Assembly: GCF_022539665.2 (NCBI RefSeq)
Contig: NC_081331.1
Location: forward strand, 11,408,001-11,472,000
Direction: 5' to 3'
From: Daphnia carinata
Lineage: Eukaryota
Length of the DNA stretch: 64,000 nt
A program made the translations under genes and the position numbers. The notes below the pieces were generated by a model. The model was not told where the DNA came from. It did not search any database and saw nothing but the letters and a program-made list of their open reading frames with translations. Below, piece by piece: positions 20,202 to 32,632 of the stretch (position 1 is the first letter of the stretch; each line of letters opens with the position of its first letter).

Positions 20202-22608
20202 CTTTAACTATGCCGTTGTCTTCCGTCAAAGCTGATTCGTGCAATGGAAGTGAGGCGCTTCCGACTACGTGTTGCTCATGTATTTATAGCAAGTGGTGGC
20301 ATTATCTTGCACAGCTAGCCCGGACTCACTGGCATAGTCCTCTGATGGGCAATTACTTGATGAGGCGTGTTAAAGGCTTAATCCGGATTTTCGGGACCTG
20401 GTTATCATGAGCGGAGCTTCCAGCAGTCAACCGAGCACGGCTGGGTAAGTGATACGAATCCCCTAATAGCAACAACTTTATTAGTTAAAATTAAGTCTTC
20501 ATACGAGCCCCTCGTCGCAATTAAGACAACTATTCAAGCATAAAATGGAGAGGCTCATTTTTATAGAGGCTTATATAGCCCTCATGTTTCAACGTTTGGC
20601 TTACCGGTTCAAGTTAACGGGTCGTTCGTATGCTGAACAGGCTCTGAAAGAGGAGAGCCTAACACTATTCGTAAATCAAAACTAAGTTAAAACAAAGAAG
20701 ATCATGTTTGCAGCAGACTCTGAAATAGGAGAGACTAACCTTATTAATGTTCCTTAACCAAAAGCAAGCCAAAACAAAGGAAATTGTTGTTCTCGAAGGG
20801 ACCTCATGTGCATTGTGATCAACTGATCGCTGTGGGATAATTCGTTGTCGTATATTTACATTTTAATTTCTGAATGAATATCATACGTTATAAGTAATGA
20901 TGTGGCCTGAATTAGACACAAGATGTCTAGTTTCATAACTTGTCTAGTCGCACTGATATTGTAAAAATTTGGGTTTCGATGTGGGACGGACGCGTTCGTG
21001 CAAGACTATCATTTTTTGTGCAAGCATTTGTCGTTGAAGGATCGTTCAAGGCCTCCGTCGAAAGTAAGCCAATTGTCTTGGATGCCGGTATGAATCGCCA
21101 TTCACACCAAAAATAGCAACCCTGATAGTAATCCAACAGCATGTTTGGTCCAGTTGGCGAACATATCCGCAGTCCAATCAAACCATGCAAAGTAGTTCAG
21201 TTATCTGTACAGAGTATTAACATGCGAAAACTGTATACGCGTTGACATAGTGAAACTTGGCTCTCAAAGATTAGTTTTTAGAATGGATGGTCTCCCGCAA
21301 ACAACTAGTTGAAGCTAAATGGGAAAAATGAACAACTGTGTCAGCTACACTCCCGATACTAGGGGATCGTAAACCGCCATAAAAACGTCTTCGGAGGCAC
21401 TCGTCGGTTTATACGAAACATCGTGTTAGTAGTAGAGAGGGCATAGGCATATTATTGATGACGGCCTCGACGTTTCACAGCCATCTTTAAAGACATGAGA
21501 TGAAGCGGATTCCTGGCATTGACGTAGACATTGCGGAGGCAGCAGTTATTCTGATCCTTGAGCCAAGTCCTTGTTAATATTTTGTAGAAGAATGTTGTAT
21601 GACGAACTAGAGACAGCAGCGCCTAGGTCGCCAAGAATGACACTTATTCAAAACAAAAAGGGAAGAAAACAACAAAAACATAACTTATGAAAGATTGCAT
21701 TAATATCTTTTAGAAATTCGAAAACTAGTTTGTTATAAGGATTTCTTTGAAATAAAGTTAGCTAAGTTGTCCTTCGTGAATAATGGAAAAATGTTTTCCC
21801 CGTTCATAAATGGCTCGACATTGCGCGCTGTGCCAACTCGTTTTGCAATCAATCAGAACATTTCGCGTTATCCAATTTTTCATCTGACGTCTAGGTAGTC
21901 AGCACAATTGAGAAATGATGCATTAGGCGGTTTCAGGTCGCAGACTCTCCGTCATCAGACATCGTCGGGAATTTCCATAAGTCACCCAACAACATATTGT
22001 TATGCAACGTGCCCCCAATTGCCTCAATCATTGGCGTAGCGCTCGTTTGACCGTCATCATTTCCTAAAATACGATCAACACAATCAATTGGTATATACTA
22101 AAATCTAAAGTTTGCTTTGCTATATGTGCGTTTAACACTTTAGCATGACCTATGAGCATCGCATAGCTGGTTCTTGTTTGTGCACGAGTACTCCCGGCAC
22201 GATTGAAAATACAAACAGATTATGCAAAAGGGGGTGGGGAACTGAATCTGAGAGTAAGTCAGTTCCAATTGGAGACGTAGAGACATCACGTTTCATCATT
22301 CACCAATGGTTCACTTCCTCCATGTTTGTTGTTGTTTTTCTCGTCTGTTTGTTATTTGTTGGTGTAGATCACATGGCTGTTTGCGTTTGGGCTTTTCCAG
22401 AAGAAGATGACGCTGGCGAGATTCAATGGGTCCTAACTCGTTATCGGGTATAAAGGACCGAGGATTGAGCTACGATTTTCATTCCATCATAGATTCCCTG
22501 CTAACCAACAAGTCTACTGAAAGAAGAAGAGTGTAAACAGAGTTGTACTTTCTTAATTACGCAGTGCATTTTAAGACAATTACGACGAACAGAACAAAAG
22601 GAAAGACA

Positions 22609-25600
22609 ATGTTGTCGGAGAAATTGATACTCCTTCTGCTGCTTGCAGTCACTGTTATGGCCATTCCACGTAAGTTCAATTTCGATTGGCTTTGCATGTT
22701 AATTTCATTTATCCGAAGATCCTACCACCAGAAATTGACTTGTTAACAATCTTATTAATGGCTTATCGCGATTGTGCATATCGAATTTCTTTATATGTGA
22801 GTTGAACCTTGGCGATAGCCCCCAGAACTTGCTTTTAAGTTCTACTAGACTGATTTAAAACATTTATCTTTGCTTGGTGTTGTAAAAAGGACCCGATGAC
22901 AGTGAAGAGTCCAAGGACGACGACGATGATGACTGCTCTCTGCCGGCCATCATATCAGAAGCAAAGCGCTGTCGAGCATTCTTATCGCGCTGGACTTTCA
23001 AGAATGGCGCCTGTGAACAAATTACTTATGGAGGCTGCGGAGGAACTAAGAACCTCTTCGAAACAGAATATGCTTGCAACGCTAAATGCAATCGCAAAGG
23101 TGAGAGGACATTTAAACATTTCCTGTTCAAACCGGAATTAATATGGTTTCTAACTGATAGCCTTGTTCCGTGGACCGGGTGCTCGAGCTCGGGAATTAGC
23201 GGCATCTTCACCATGCCAGTTGCCCTTGGCAACTGGACATTGTCGTGCTCATATTCCCAGTTTTTACTTTGATTCTGCGACTGCTTCGTGCCAACCGTTT
23301 ACCTACACCGGATGCAAAGGAAATGCTAACAATTTTATTTCCATGGAAGATTGCCAACGGACATGTAAAGTTAGGTTGTCTGCAGCTGTAACTCTTCCGG
23401 CACCTGTTAAAGGTATCATAAATTTGATTGAAATTTTTATTTCGATATAAAAAAATGTTTGCTTTAAATAACTGCATCATTTATAATTTGCTTTGGTTTG
23501 TTATTTGTGTAGGTACTACAAAAAGCGTGAGCGACATTTGCACGCTACCACCTGACAATAGCAAGAGCACTGGACGTGCGTGCTATGCGTTTGTTCCATC
23601 ATGGACCTTTAACGCAACATCTGGCAAGTGCGAAAGCTACATCTATGGCGGTTGCGGCAAAACGGCCAACCTTTTCAAAACGGAAGAAGCCTGTCAAGCA
23701 ACATGTAGTTCTACAGCAAGTAAGCTTTTATTAACTTCAAACAATGGGATATTCATTTCCTATAATTCGTTGTATTCTCAGGGAACATCGTTCAATCGGC
23801 AGTTCGCAATCAGGAGTCGTGCCTTCTTCCGATCGCTAAAGGGCCTTGTTTCGGTTTTATGAAACGCTACGCTTTCAATAAGGTATGGTTGCAAGACATT
23901 ATCCACGAGCTAGTAAAGAACAAATTGTTTGGGTTGTCCAGGATAAGAATAGATGCGAATTGTTCACTTATGGAGGATGCCAAGGTAACGGCAACAACTT
24001 CGCTTCTGCCGATCAATGCTACGAGGCTTGTGGTGGTGCATTGCCCAGTTTAAGTGAGTGGACTCTTAACAAGTATTTTTTATGAGTCACTAATCATGTT
24101 CATTTTTCGATTCAGCTGCTGAATGCGAACAAGTGACGTGCCCAATTTCTAATAAACGCTATTTTGAGAGAGGATGTCTTCCAGAGTACAAAGGAAAAGC
24201 TTGTTGTCCAACAAGCTTCAGCTGCCGTAAGTAACCTTTGAATTTACCTGCGAGATCTAAATTTTACATTGTTCTATTATCATCCTTACAGCTGATGATA
24301 AATCAGCTAAAGATGTGTGCCACTACGGTGGAATCACGTACCAATTGGGCCAGAAAGTTGTGGCAGTTAGCGAAGATCAGCCGTGCAAAACCAATTGCTT
24401 CTGCGTGAGCAGCGCCGAACAGTAAGTATAGCATTAATCTAATTATACTTCAGTCATTTAATTGCGATGATTTCAGTCAAGATGGAGCCACTATTAAATG
24501 CAGTGATGTAGAATGCCCATTAGTCGATCCCCCCGCCAAAGAGAAAGACGGATGTGAACTCGTCACGAAACCCAATACGTGCTGCCCTTCTTATCACTGT
24601 CGTGAGTTGATATTTATACATTTCCATTTTTACATGGCTGATCTGAAAGAAAACCTTTGAAAAATAATGACTGTTGATATTTGAACGGTTACAGACGACC
24701 ATTCATCAGAAGAAAAAGAAGTCGATATCTGCTTACTGAACGGCCAAGAATACACGAAGGGACAAGCTATTCCAACCGGAGATCCATGCAAGACTTGCAC
24801 ATGCGTCGAAGGATTCACTGGTATACATCCACAAATGATTTCACAGCTTTTCTAATGTATAGTGCTGATGGCGTTAATTATCTCAGGTTTGAATGGCCCC
24901 GGTTGTCGTGAAACTCAGTGTCTTATTGATAATCGTGTTGGATGCGTTCCAGTGTACACGGATAACGTTTGCTGTCCGACGAGTTACAAATGCGGTAAAG
25001 TAGATCTACTATTTTCGTTGTGTGCATTTTGATGATTTCGATGTTTCGTTATCAGCCAAAGACGCAACAAGTGCAGGTGAGAACACGCCAAGAATTATTC
25101 GCGTGGAAGGTGGGCCCGGCAAACAAGGCGCCGTAACGTTGCCATTCTTAATTCCGGGAGGGAATGTTCGAAAATGGCAAGTGAAAGCCAATCTTTGTCT
25201 TTTACCCAAAGCAACTGGATGGTGCAGGGCATCTGTACCGTCATTTTACTACGATGCCGATCAACTCAAGTGCTTGCCTTTCATATACGGCGGTTGCAGA
25301 GTGAGTTTTAATGAATCTGATGGCCTTTAAAATTGGTTTATTTCAATTCGTTTTGAGCAGGGAAATGAAAATCGTTTCGCTTCGGAAGCCGAGTGCTTGT
25401 CGACATGCCAACATTCTGACGAAGAAACTGTCGTGACTGAAACTCCAGGGGAGGCTAGAAAAACAACTGAAGAGACTAAAAAAAGCTCATCGCCCTTCAT
25501 TTGTAAGAAAACAATGGCATTATTGCTTGAGGAGTTTGTACTTTAATTATTCTTTTAGCAAGCGGAGCTGCAGTCACATTACCTGCAGTAGTTCCTGATG

Positions 25601-27379
25601 CTTGGGCAAAGCCAAAAGATCCTTCCGCCGTGTCCCTACGTTGTTCCATGCCAATGCGTATTGGACCTTGTCGCATGTCCCTCGAAAAATACTATTACGA
25701 CGCTGAGAAGAACGACTGCCTTTTATTCTTCTACGGTGGCTGCAAGGTACACTTTGCATCATTATATAAAAATGTTTGAAATGTAATCATTGTTTTTATC
25801 AATTCCAGGGTAACTCTAATCAATTCGATACCGCCGAAGAATGTCGACAAACATGTGGTGTTCAACCTAAAACGTCCACTGCCATCGAACAGCCAGATCA
25901 AGATATTGCCAGTAATACTCAATCGTTTCATAGTCTTGTTAAATGAATATTATTAATCAGTGTTTGAATCATAGGGGTGGCCAAGCAAAACGTGTGTGGC
26001 TTACCACAAGAACCTGGCCCGTGCAAAGGGCAAGTACCTGCCTTCTTTTATAACGCGGAGACTGGCGCTTGTGAAAGCTTCTGGTACGGTGGATGCAGAG
26101 GCAACGACAATCGTTTCGAAACTGAAACTGAATGCCAGGCACGATGTATTCCGTCTGCATCTCTTTCACCTCACGTTCCTAAGGCCAGCCCCGTCGCTTC
26201 CATAGCTTCTTCCGGTAAGAAAGAGCAAAAACAAATTACTTGAAAATTTAATTGTATGTCCACATTCTCATTTCAGGAACGATTTCTGAACACTGCAAGC
26301 TACCAGCAGATATCGGTCCGTGCAGGGCTGCCAAACCCCGTTACCATTACAATGCGACGGCCGGTGAGTGTCAGCCGTTCAATTTCGGTGGATGCCGAGG
26401 CAATGACAACAATTTCCACACGATCGAACAATGTCAAAGTGAATGTACTTCTAGTGGTACTGCCGAGCAACCATTACTTGCGTCGTGGAAGGTGGAAGTA
26501 CGAGCTCGAAAGGAAATGAGAGAAGGTATTTATATATTAGAAAATATTGAACGTTCCCATCTGACGCATATTTTCTGCTAAACAGACGAACTCACCAGGT
26601 GTAGATTACCAGCAGATGTAGGGTTTTGCCGTGCTTTCACAGAGCGATTCTATTACGACAGCATCGAAAATCAGTGCAAGACCTTCTCGTGGGGCGGATG
26701 CCGAGGAAACGCTAACAATTTCGCTTCTTCGGAAGAATGTTTAGCCACTTGCGACAAGCTGGGCAAAGCAAGGGCAGCTGTTAACGATCCTAAATCACCT
26801 GCACGAGCCAGAGTCTCTCAGCGATTCAGGGCCAATCCAGTTGAAGAGGTCGCCCTACCGGAAGTGGACACTAAGGAGAACGAACACATAGAAATCGGTA
26901 TGTTTAAAAGTGAAAATATTCGAAATATAGAATTTAAATAACTGTGTTACCCTGCAGTCCCGAAAAGAGAGCAGTTGGTTTGCACGTTTGGCAACGAAAC
27001 GATGAACTTGGGCGATCGACTTCAATCGGAAGATCCATGTGAAGAGTGTGTGTGTTCGACTCCACCGGAAATCACGTGCACTCGACAAACATGCCCTCCT
27101 TTGCCTGGAATGGATGGGGCTTTATGTAGCGAAACCATTATTCCTGGACAATGTTGCCCGAGCATCCAGTGCGTTTCCGCCAACCCACCAGTTATTAACG
27201 TTTGCGAGGTGAGTCCAATATTGAAAAGATCAAATAACAGTATACGACACTGATTGTGATTCTTTGATTAGGGCGTCGGTTGCAAAGCTGGCGAGCAGTG
27301 CAAACCGAAATCACAAGAAAGTGCGGACGGAAGTTGGATGGCTCCTATTGGTGTGTGTGTGCCAAACACTAAAGTGTAA
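22609..27379 (+). CDS. Secreted multidomain protease inhibitor: signal peptide, 9 Kunitz/BPTI domains and ~3 VWC-like Cys-rich modules
   Basis: Signal peptide MLSEKLILLLLLAVTVMA. Nine C..C..F.(Y/F/W)GGC.GN.N.F...C...C units across ~20 exons. VWC-like CxxCxC...CCP modules at ~24310-24600, 24725-24995 and 26975-27175. Confidence 0.88.
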
Positions 27380-27831
27380 TTTTTCAAAGATTCTTTCCAC
27401 GGCAAGTCATCAGACATTAGTTATTCACTTTATCAGACTTCATCTCGCCACACACTTGCCTCGCCACTTCTGAAATTCATTTAAAGATCCGTGTTCTACT
27501 TAAATAAAGTAGTTAAATAAAGTTAAATAAAATATCTATTTACTAGCCATTTATTACCTACAAACATGCTTACTGACATGTCTTACTGGTGTTTGACACA
27601 GTAAGGAAATAAACAAAAACTTACGGGTATCGAAGAGGGTCACATATCCCGATGATTAGCTGCCGGCATCCATGAACCTAGTGGCCATGGGGAGGCTTAC
27701 GAACACGTTCTACGATCACCTCTTCTCTACCTTCAGTTTGTGGGTCGATCTTTAACATGTAGTTAAAGTAGGAACGGTACTACAGATCGATGTGAAACGT
27801 TTGTATTGTCGTGTAGGTGTATGTGTGTAGT

Positions 27832-28152
27832 GTTTTTTTAGTGTGGTGCCATTTAGCCCCTTTATAGTGGGCATGGCTCTTCTTTCTTCTCTTCATTCTT
27901 CTCTTCTTTCTTGAAAGATTTTTCTATCACTTTTGTGTAGAATCTTGCGAATCCGTAGGGTTGAAGATGCTGAATGTTGCGTAATCCGATGCGAATCCGT
28001 TGCGATGAATCTTGGATGATGGGTGGTGGGAGGAGATGGGGGGGAGGGCGGGAAGGGCTTGGAGGGCTTGGAAATTGGCGGTGGCGGGACTTGAACCCGA
28101 GGACTACAGATTACAAAGCGAGGGTGATAACCTCTGTGCCAGGACCGCACAT
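27832..28152 (-). mobile_element. tRNA-derived SINE-like element
   Basis: Minus-strand head has an A-box (TGGCACAGAGG) and B-box (GGTTCAAGTCC), with GCGGT/ACCGC acceptor-like pairing but no anticodon stem. It is followed by a unique body ending in ...CACCACACTAAAAAAA. Confidence 0.55.
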
Positions 28153-28228
28153 CCCAAACAAATTTAGCTTTGGATGTCACCTATTCATATAGGCCGCTAT
28201 GTACACATAGTAATGTCAGATGACGTAT

Positions 28229-28285
28229 GGCGCTGTGGCATAGTTCGCGGTTGCTATGGTGATTTCTCAGGTTCGAGTCCTTGTT
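28229..28285 (+). other. Degenerate tRNA-like Pol III promoter fragment
   Basis: TGGCATAGTTCG (A-box-like) and GGTTCGAGTCC (B-box), followed by a T run. No cloverleaf. Confidence 0.3.
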
Positions 28286-28680
28286 GTTATATTAATAATT
28301 TTTTTTTTGCGCTTAACAGGTGTTTACCTGTGTTGCATGTTTCAAGCAAGCAACCAAATTAAATAATATTCATAATTAACGCACTAAAATAGATACATAA
28401 AAACGTATTTCTGTAGAATTGTGCGCTATTTTCTAAAATTTGGCAACGTTAAAGGAAAAAAAAAGGAGGAGTATGAAACAATAGAAGAGAACAAAATGCG
28501 GGATCTTTTACGTACCCTGCCTTACGGAATACAGTTTGGAGAACCAAATCACTTAGTTTCTTTCCACTAGCCATCAAAAAACGTTGTGTTCTTGTATTTG
28601 TGGTTACGATTTGATCTGTGAAAATTTTACATACTGCATTTCTTGTGGTTATTAAAGTTGTTTTGTTTAATGAACGATGT

Positions 28681-29176
28681 TTAATATCCAAGTGTCGTCG
28701 TCCTAATGTGGTACGTGGAGAACCCTTTGTAAGGGAAATGTTTCAACAACGGCTCGTGTTTTTCGAAATACCATTCGGGGAATCGCCCATGACTGCATCA
28801 TGGGGAACACGTGCTCCAAGACCACTTGATGTCGGCAGCACACCTGCACTCCTTCTTCTTGCTACATCAACAAGTAGGCGTATGCATGATTCATCTATTA
28901 GCCTCACTCTATCGAATTAAAAACTGAAAAGAAGATTTCGAATTCAGGCCTAATCTATCGTGTTCAAAAAGAATAAGAGTAGGAACTTCCTTGTGCTTCA
29001 TTTTTACTCAATGATATATTCACTACTTTGAGAATTATCATTACGTCTTGTGTTAATTCTTTATGCATTCGAAGAGAGGGGCCTTTTGTTTTCCTTTCGT
29101 TAGCCCATGTTGTGCCGGATGAAAAAAATGTACATAAAAGAGCAAGGGAAATAAGCTGTGGAGTGAATATGCGCAT
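28681..29176 (-). pseudogene. Putative small secreted Cys-containing protein with an in-frame TGA (gene, pseudogene or recoded)
   Basis: Signal-peptide-like MRIFTPQLISLALLCTFFSSGTTWA. Three exons (29176-29045, 28954-28908, 28861 onward) join in frame through GT-AG introns. TGA at 28800-28798, then the frame is open to TAA at 28683. Confidence 0.35.
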
Positions 29177-29375
29177 GCGCTTTAGTGAAGGGAAGAACGT
29201 CAAGCAATGCGGAATGATCCGCATACCAAGAGAAGTGTCCGGCTACATTGAATGTTCAATTGCCTTCCGTTGATACAAGACGCTTGCAAATTTTATTACG
29301 GAACATTTGGAAAGAAATAACAAGTGAAACGTTCTGACATTTACTTTTGGGGGTGTTGAATTGATTTCCGAGTTC

Positions 29376-32300
29376 ATGTCAACGTGTACCCGAAACACAC
29401 CGGCTGCTTTGATGGCTTCACATTTTTTCAAATTCAATCCGGCCAACGCCAAACGAAGTAAGTTTAATTTCCATGATAATCAGAACTGTTATCTACTTTT
29501 CTTGCTCCTCATTTTCTGGTTTCTACTTATTTATTTTTTCTTCTATTGATTTCTCGAAAAAGAACTCTGATCTTCAACAGGTTACTTAAACGTTAGACGT
29601 TTTTGTGAATTGGTCTGTTCCACTGTCTCGTGTGACATTTTATTCACTTAGCATTATTTTAGTAGTATTGTTTTTTTTTTTTCCTTTTTTTACATACGAC
29701 ATTCGGGGCCGCGCGTGGTTGCCTGATCATAATAGGGTAAAATTCTGGTTCCATAAATGGATGTTACTGAATTCTTATTACATAAACGAACACGGTTTTA
29801 CCAGACCTCATGCGTTTCTTTTACTGTACCGTAACGCAGTTATTGCTAGCGCGTTAGTTTTTCTTTTCAATTTCCAAAATTGAAATCCGAACGTTGGTGT
29901 TTTGATGACGTCGTTTCATGCAGCAGGCGCCACCGCGCAAACCATTTAAATGATACAGATCGCCGCGTTTCTGCTCTAAACATACACACAGCCGGTCGTG
30001 TGTTTATATGTATAAACCGTTTTTACCAAAAAAAAAAAAATGGATACATTACAAACACACACATACCAGGCGAACGAGACAGCGGGAGGGGAACGATATA
30101 GTGAGGATTATAAAATGACGCATTAAAAATAGTGGCAGGGAGCGTTGACTGCTTTTTTTTATTGAAAAAAAAATGTGACCCCCTTTTTTAAAATTTCAAT
30201 AGTTTTGTCATAACTCCATTGATGGATAGCTGTACAGAGAAGGGGCTTGTTTGCATGCTAAGTATAGACGACAGGATTGAAATCTATATCAATGCGAGCA
30301 CGAGAGAAAGAAAGAGAACATCCTATTTTCTCATCCCTATATGTTTAGTGTTGCACCTATTTACAAGTCCCCCGTATTATCCGTCTACTCCCCCCATTCC
30401 ATTTTTGTAGTCCGTTGTACTCGACTGACAGTAATAGGCAAACTGAAATGTTGACTCTTTTTTATTTCTTTTTTTTTTTAAGTTACGCTTTTGAAAGCAT
30501 TTGCTTAGTGCTAAGCATCTGCTCTTTTCGTTAGTCGTTGTTCGTAGAAGAAAAAAGGTTTTAAAGTGCTTTTAAATCCGCTAGGATCGAGCCATTCCCC
30601 ACAATTTCAACGCCTACCCCAAATACAACGAAATTTTTTACTGTCATAATCAATCTCTCACGTCTCTTTTTGAAAAGCTGTAAGGATGCTACATGAATTT
30701 GTCTTGTAAAGTAATATATATTATACGTGACGCAGCCCAACTGATGGTTTTTTTTTTACGCTTCAGTTGACATGCGGACGGACACCAATGCGGAATACAG
30801 AAAAAGTGCTGGGCTGACTACTCCGCAAGAGTGCGGAGGCTGCGGTAAATTCATCACTGATCGGTAAGTCCCAAATTGTTATTTTATTAAGATTAAATTC
30901 ACTTTCTTTATCACCAATATAAAAATAAAGGTACCTTCTACAAGCATTGGATCTTTACTGGCACGAGGACTGTCTCAAATGCGGATGCTGTGATTGCCGA
31001 TTAAGTGAAAATGGATCGACACTCTACACGAGAGCCAATTTGGTACTCTGCCGACGTGATTATTTAAGGTTAGTACCGCAAGTAAAATTATTTTCCAAGT
31101 ATTTCAAAGTCGCACAAAACTTTGAAGGATCACTTAACATAAAGAGCGTACACTTAGACCCAGAAGCGTACATGGTACGTACATTATTACACGCTACCCG
31201 TATTCGTTCCCACGCGTTTGCATTTGGTTTGTTGTCGTAAGAGATTGGATCGACCATAGCGCATGCAATAAATAATGGGCAGAGGGAGGACAAGCCAGGG
31301 GTCCCTCGATGAGCGAAATCTATTATCAGTTGACGACCTATATGAGAGTCATCATTCATCATGTTCTTATCAACGTCTACTGGTGTACACCCTAGAGCGC
31401 GGAAAGCCAGTGACAAAGGTTTCCATCGCTCCGGTTGGCTGCATTCCGGCATTTATCCAGATTTTTAAAAGGACATAGTAGACCTAGCAGATAAGTCTGT
31501 TTTTTCTTCACACAATGAGCGGCGGTGTTATTATATCCAAAAATCCCTGGCGTCCGCTGATGCTTACCAAAAGTTGAAGGTCTTTCTTTCCGCATATATT
31601 TTCCCCTCCTTGCGGCTGACTTTCTTTATGCGGAGGCGATTGAGCGGAAGAAATGCGAGCGGCGCCAAGGGATCACGAACGATATGGCTGGATGTTGACG
31701 CTCAAGTAATATTTAGTAGCCCAGTTGGAAGAGGGACAAGGTTCGATGAATAGTTTCTGATATTTTTCTTATCGAGGAAACGCTTCCGCACGACCGACTG
31801 TTTTGCTTCATTCAACCTTTTCGGCATCCTTTGGTATAACGGGCTAAAGAGAGTTCACTGCCATGCACTTTATGCGATTTTTATTCTTTGCCTTTGCCGT
31901 CTATCCAATGATTTATTTTAGCTAATTTTTAATACAAATTATATTTTAATTAGGTTGTTTGGTACCACCGGCTACTGCGCGGCTTGTGGCAAAGTCATCC
32001 CGGCTTTCGAAATGGTCATGAAAGCCAAAGGGAACGTCTATCATCTAGAATGTTTTGCCTGCCAAAATTGCAACCACCGGTAAAGAATTAGAACGACTAA
32101 AATTTATAATTTATAAAACAAAATAAAATTTTTCATGATAACTCTTTGCACGGCAGATTCTGTGTCGGTGATAAGTTCTACCTCTGCGACAACAAAATTC
32201 TGTGCGAATATGATTACGAAGAACGATTGCTTATGACCAGCCTCGAGTTCCCTAACAAACGATCGTCTTTACAGCCACAACAGGTACGATGTCCTTAATT

Positions 32301-32407
32301 TTGTCAAATTAAATGAAGCTTAATTAAACCATTTGATTTCCATGTAGAGTTCTAATCAGTCAACATTATTATCTCCTGTGTTATCTGCGGATTGCTTTTC
32401 TAAATGA
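29376..32407 (+). CDS. LMO: LIM-domain-only protein (LMO1/3, Beadex-like)
   Basis: Two LIM domains: [31 protein letters not shown] and [29 protein letters not shown]...[22 protein letters not shown]. Upstream exon 29376-29457 splices in frame; an alternative start is at 30772. Confidence 0.9.
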
Positions 32408-32632
32408 GTTTTCTACGACTTAACTTGAAGTTGTTCGAATGCTTCTAAATTGTACAAATAAAATTTTCCTTAGGACTGAGAAAAGAAGTAAGTTAAGCAA
32501 TTTAACGCACAAGTGGGCGAAGGAAACTAGCATTGTTCAAATAATGAGTTTTTGTTTATTCGCCAAATCTATCGCGTTTTCATAGAACTACATATTTTGA
32601 TTTTGCACAGGACCTGAGATGCATTATCTAAT

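Noticed and set aside
21470..21495. TCACAGCCATCTTT, resembling miR-2/13
   Set aside because: There is no complementary arm to form a precursor hairpin.
21575..21615. FVEECCMTN, resembling an insulin A-chain
   Set aside because: It is flanked by stop codons, lacks the remaining cysteines, and no B-chain or signal peptide is nearby.
28073..28150. Functional tRNA gene
   Set aside because: The anticodon arm does not pair and the acceptor stem is incomplete, so it is treated as a SINE-like head.
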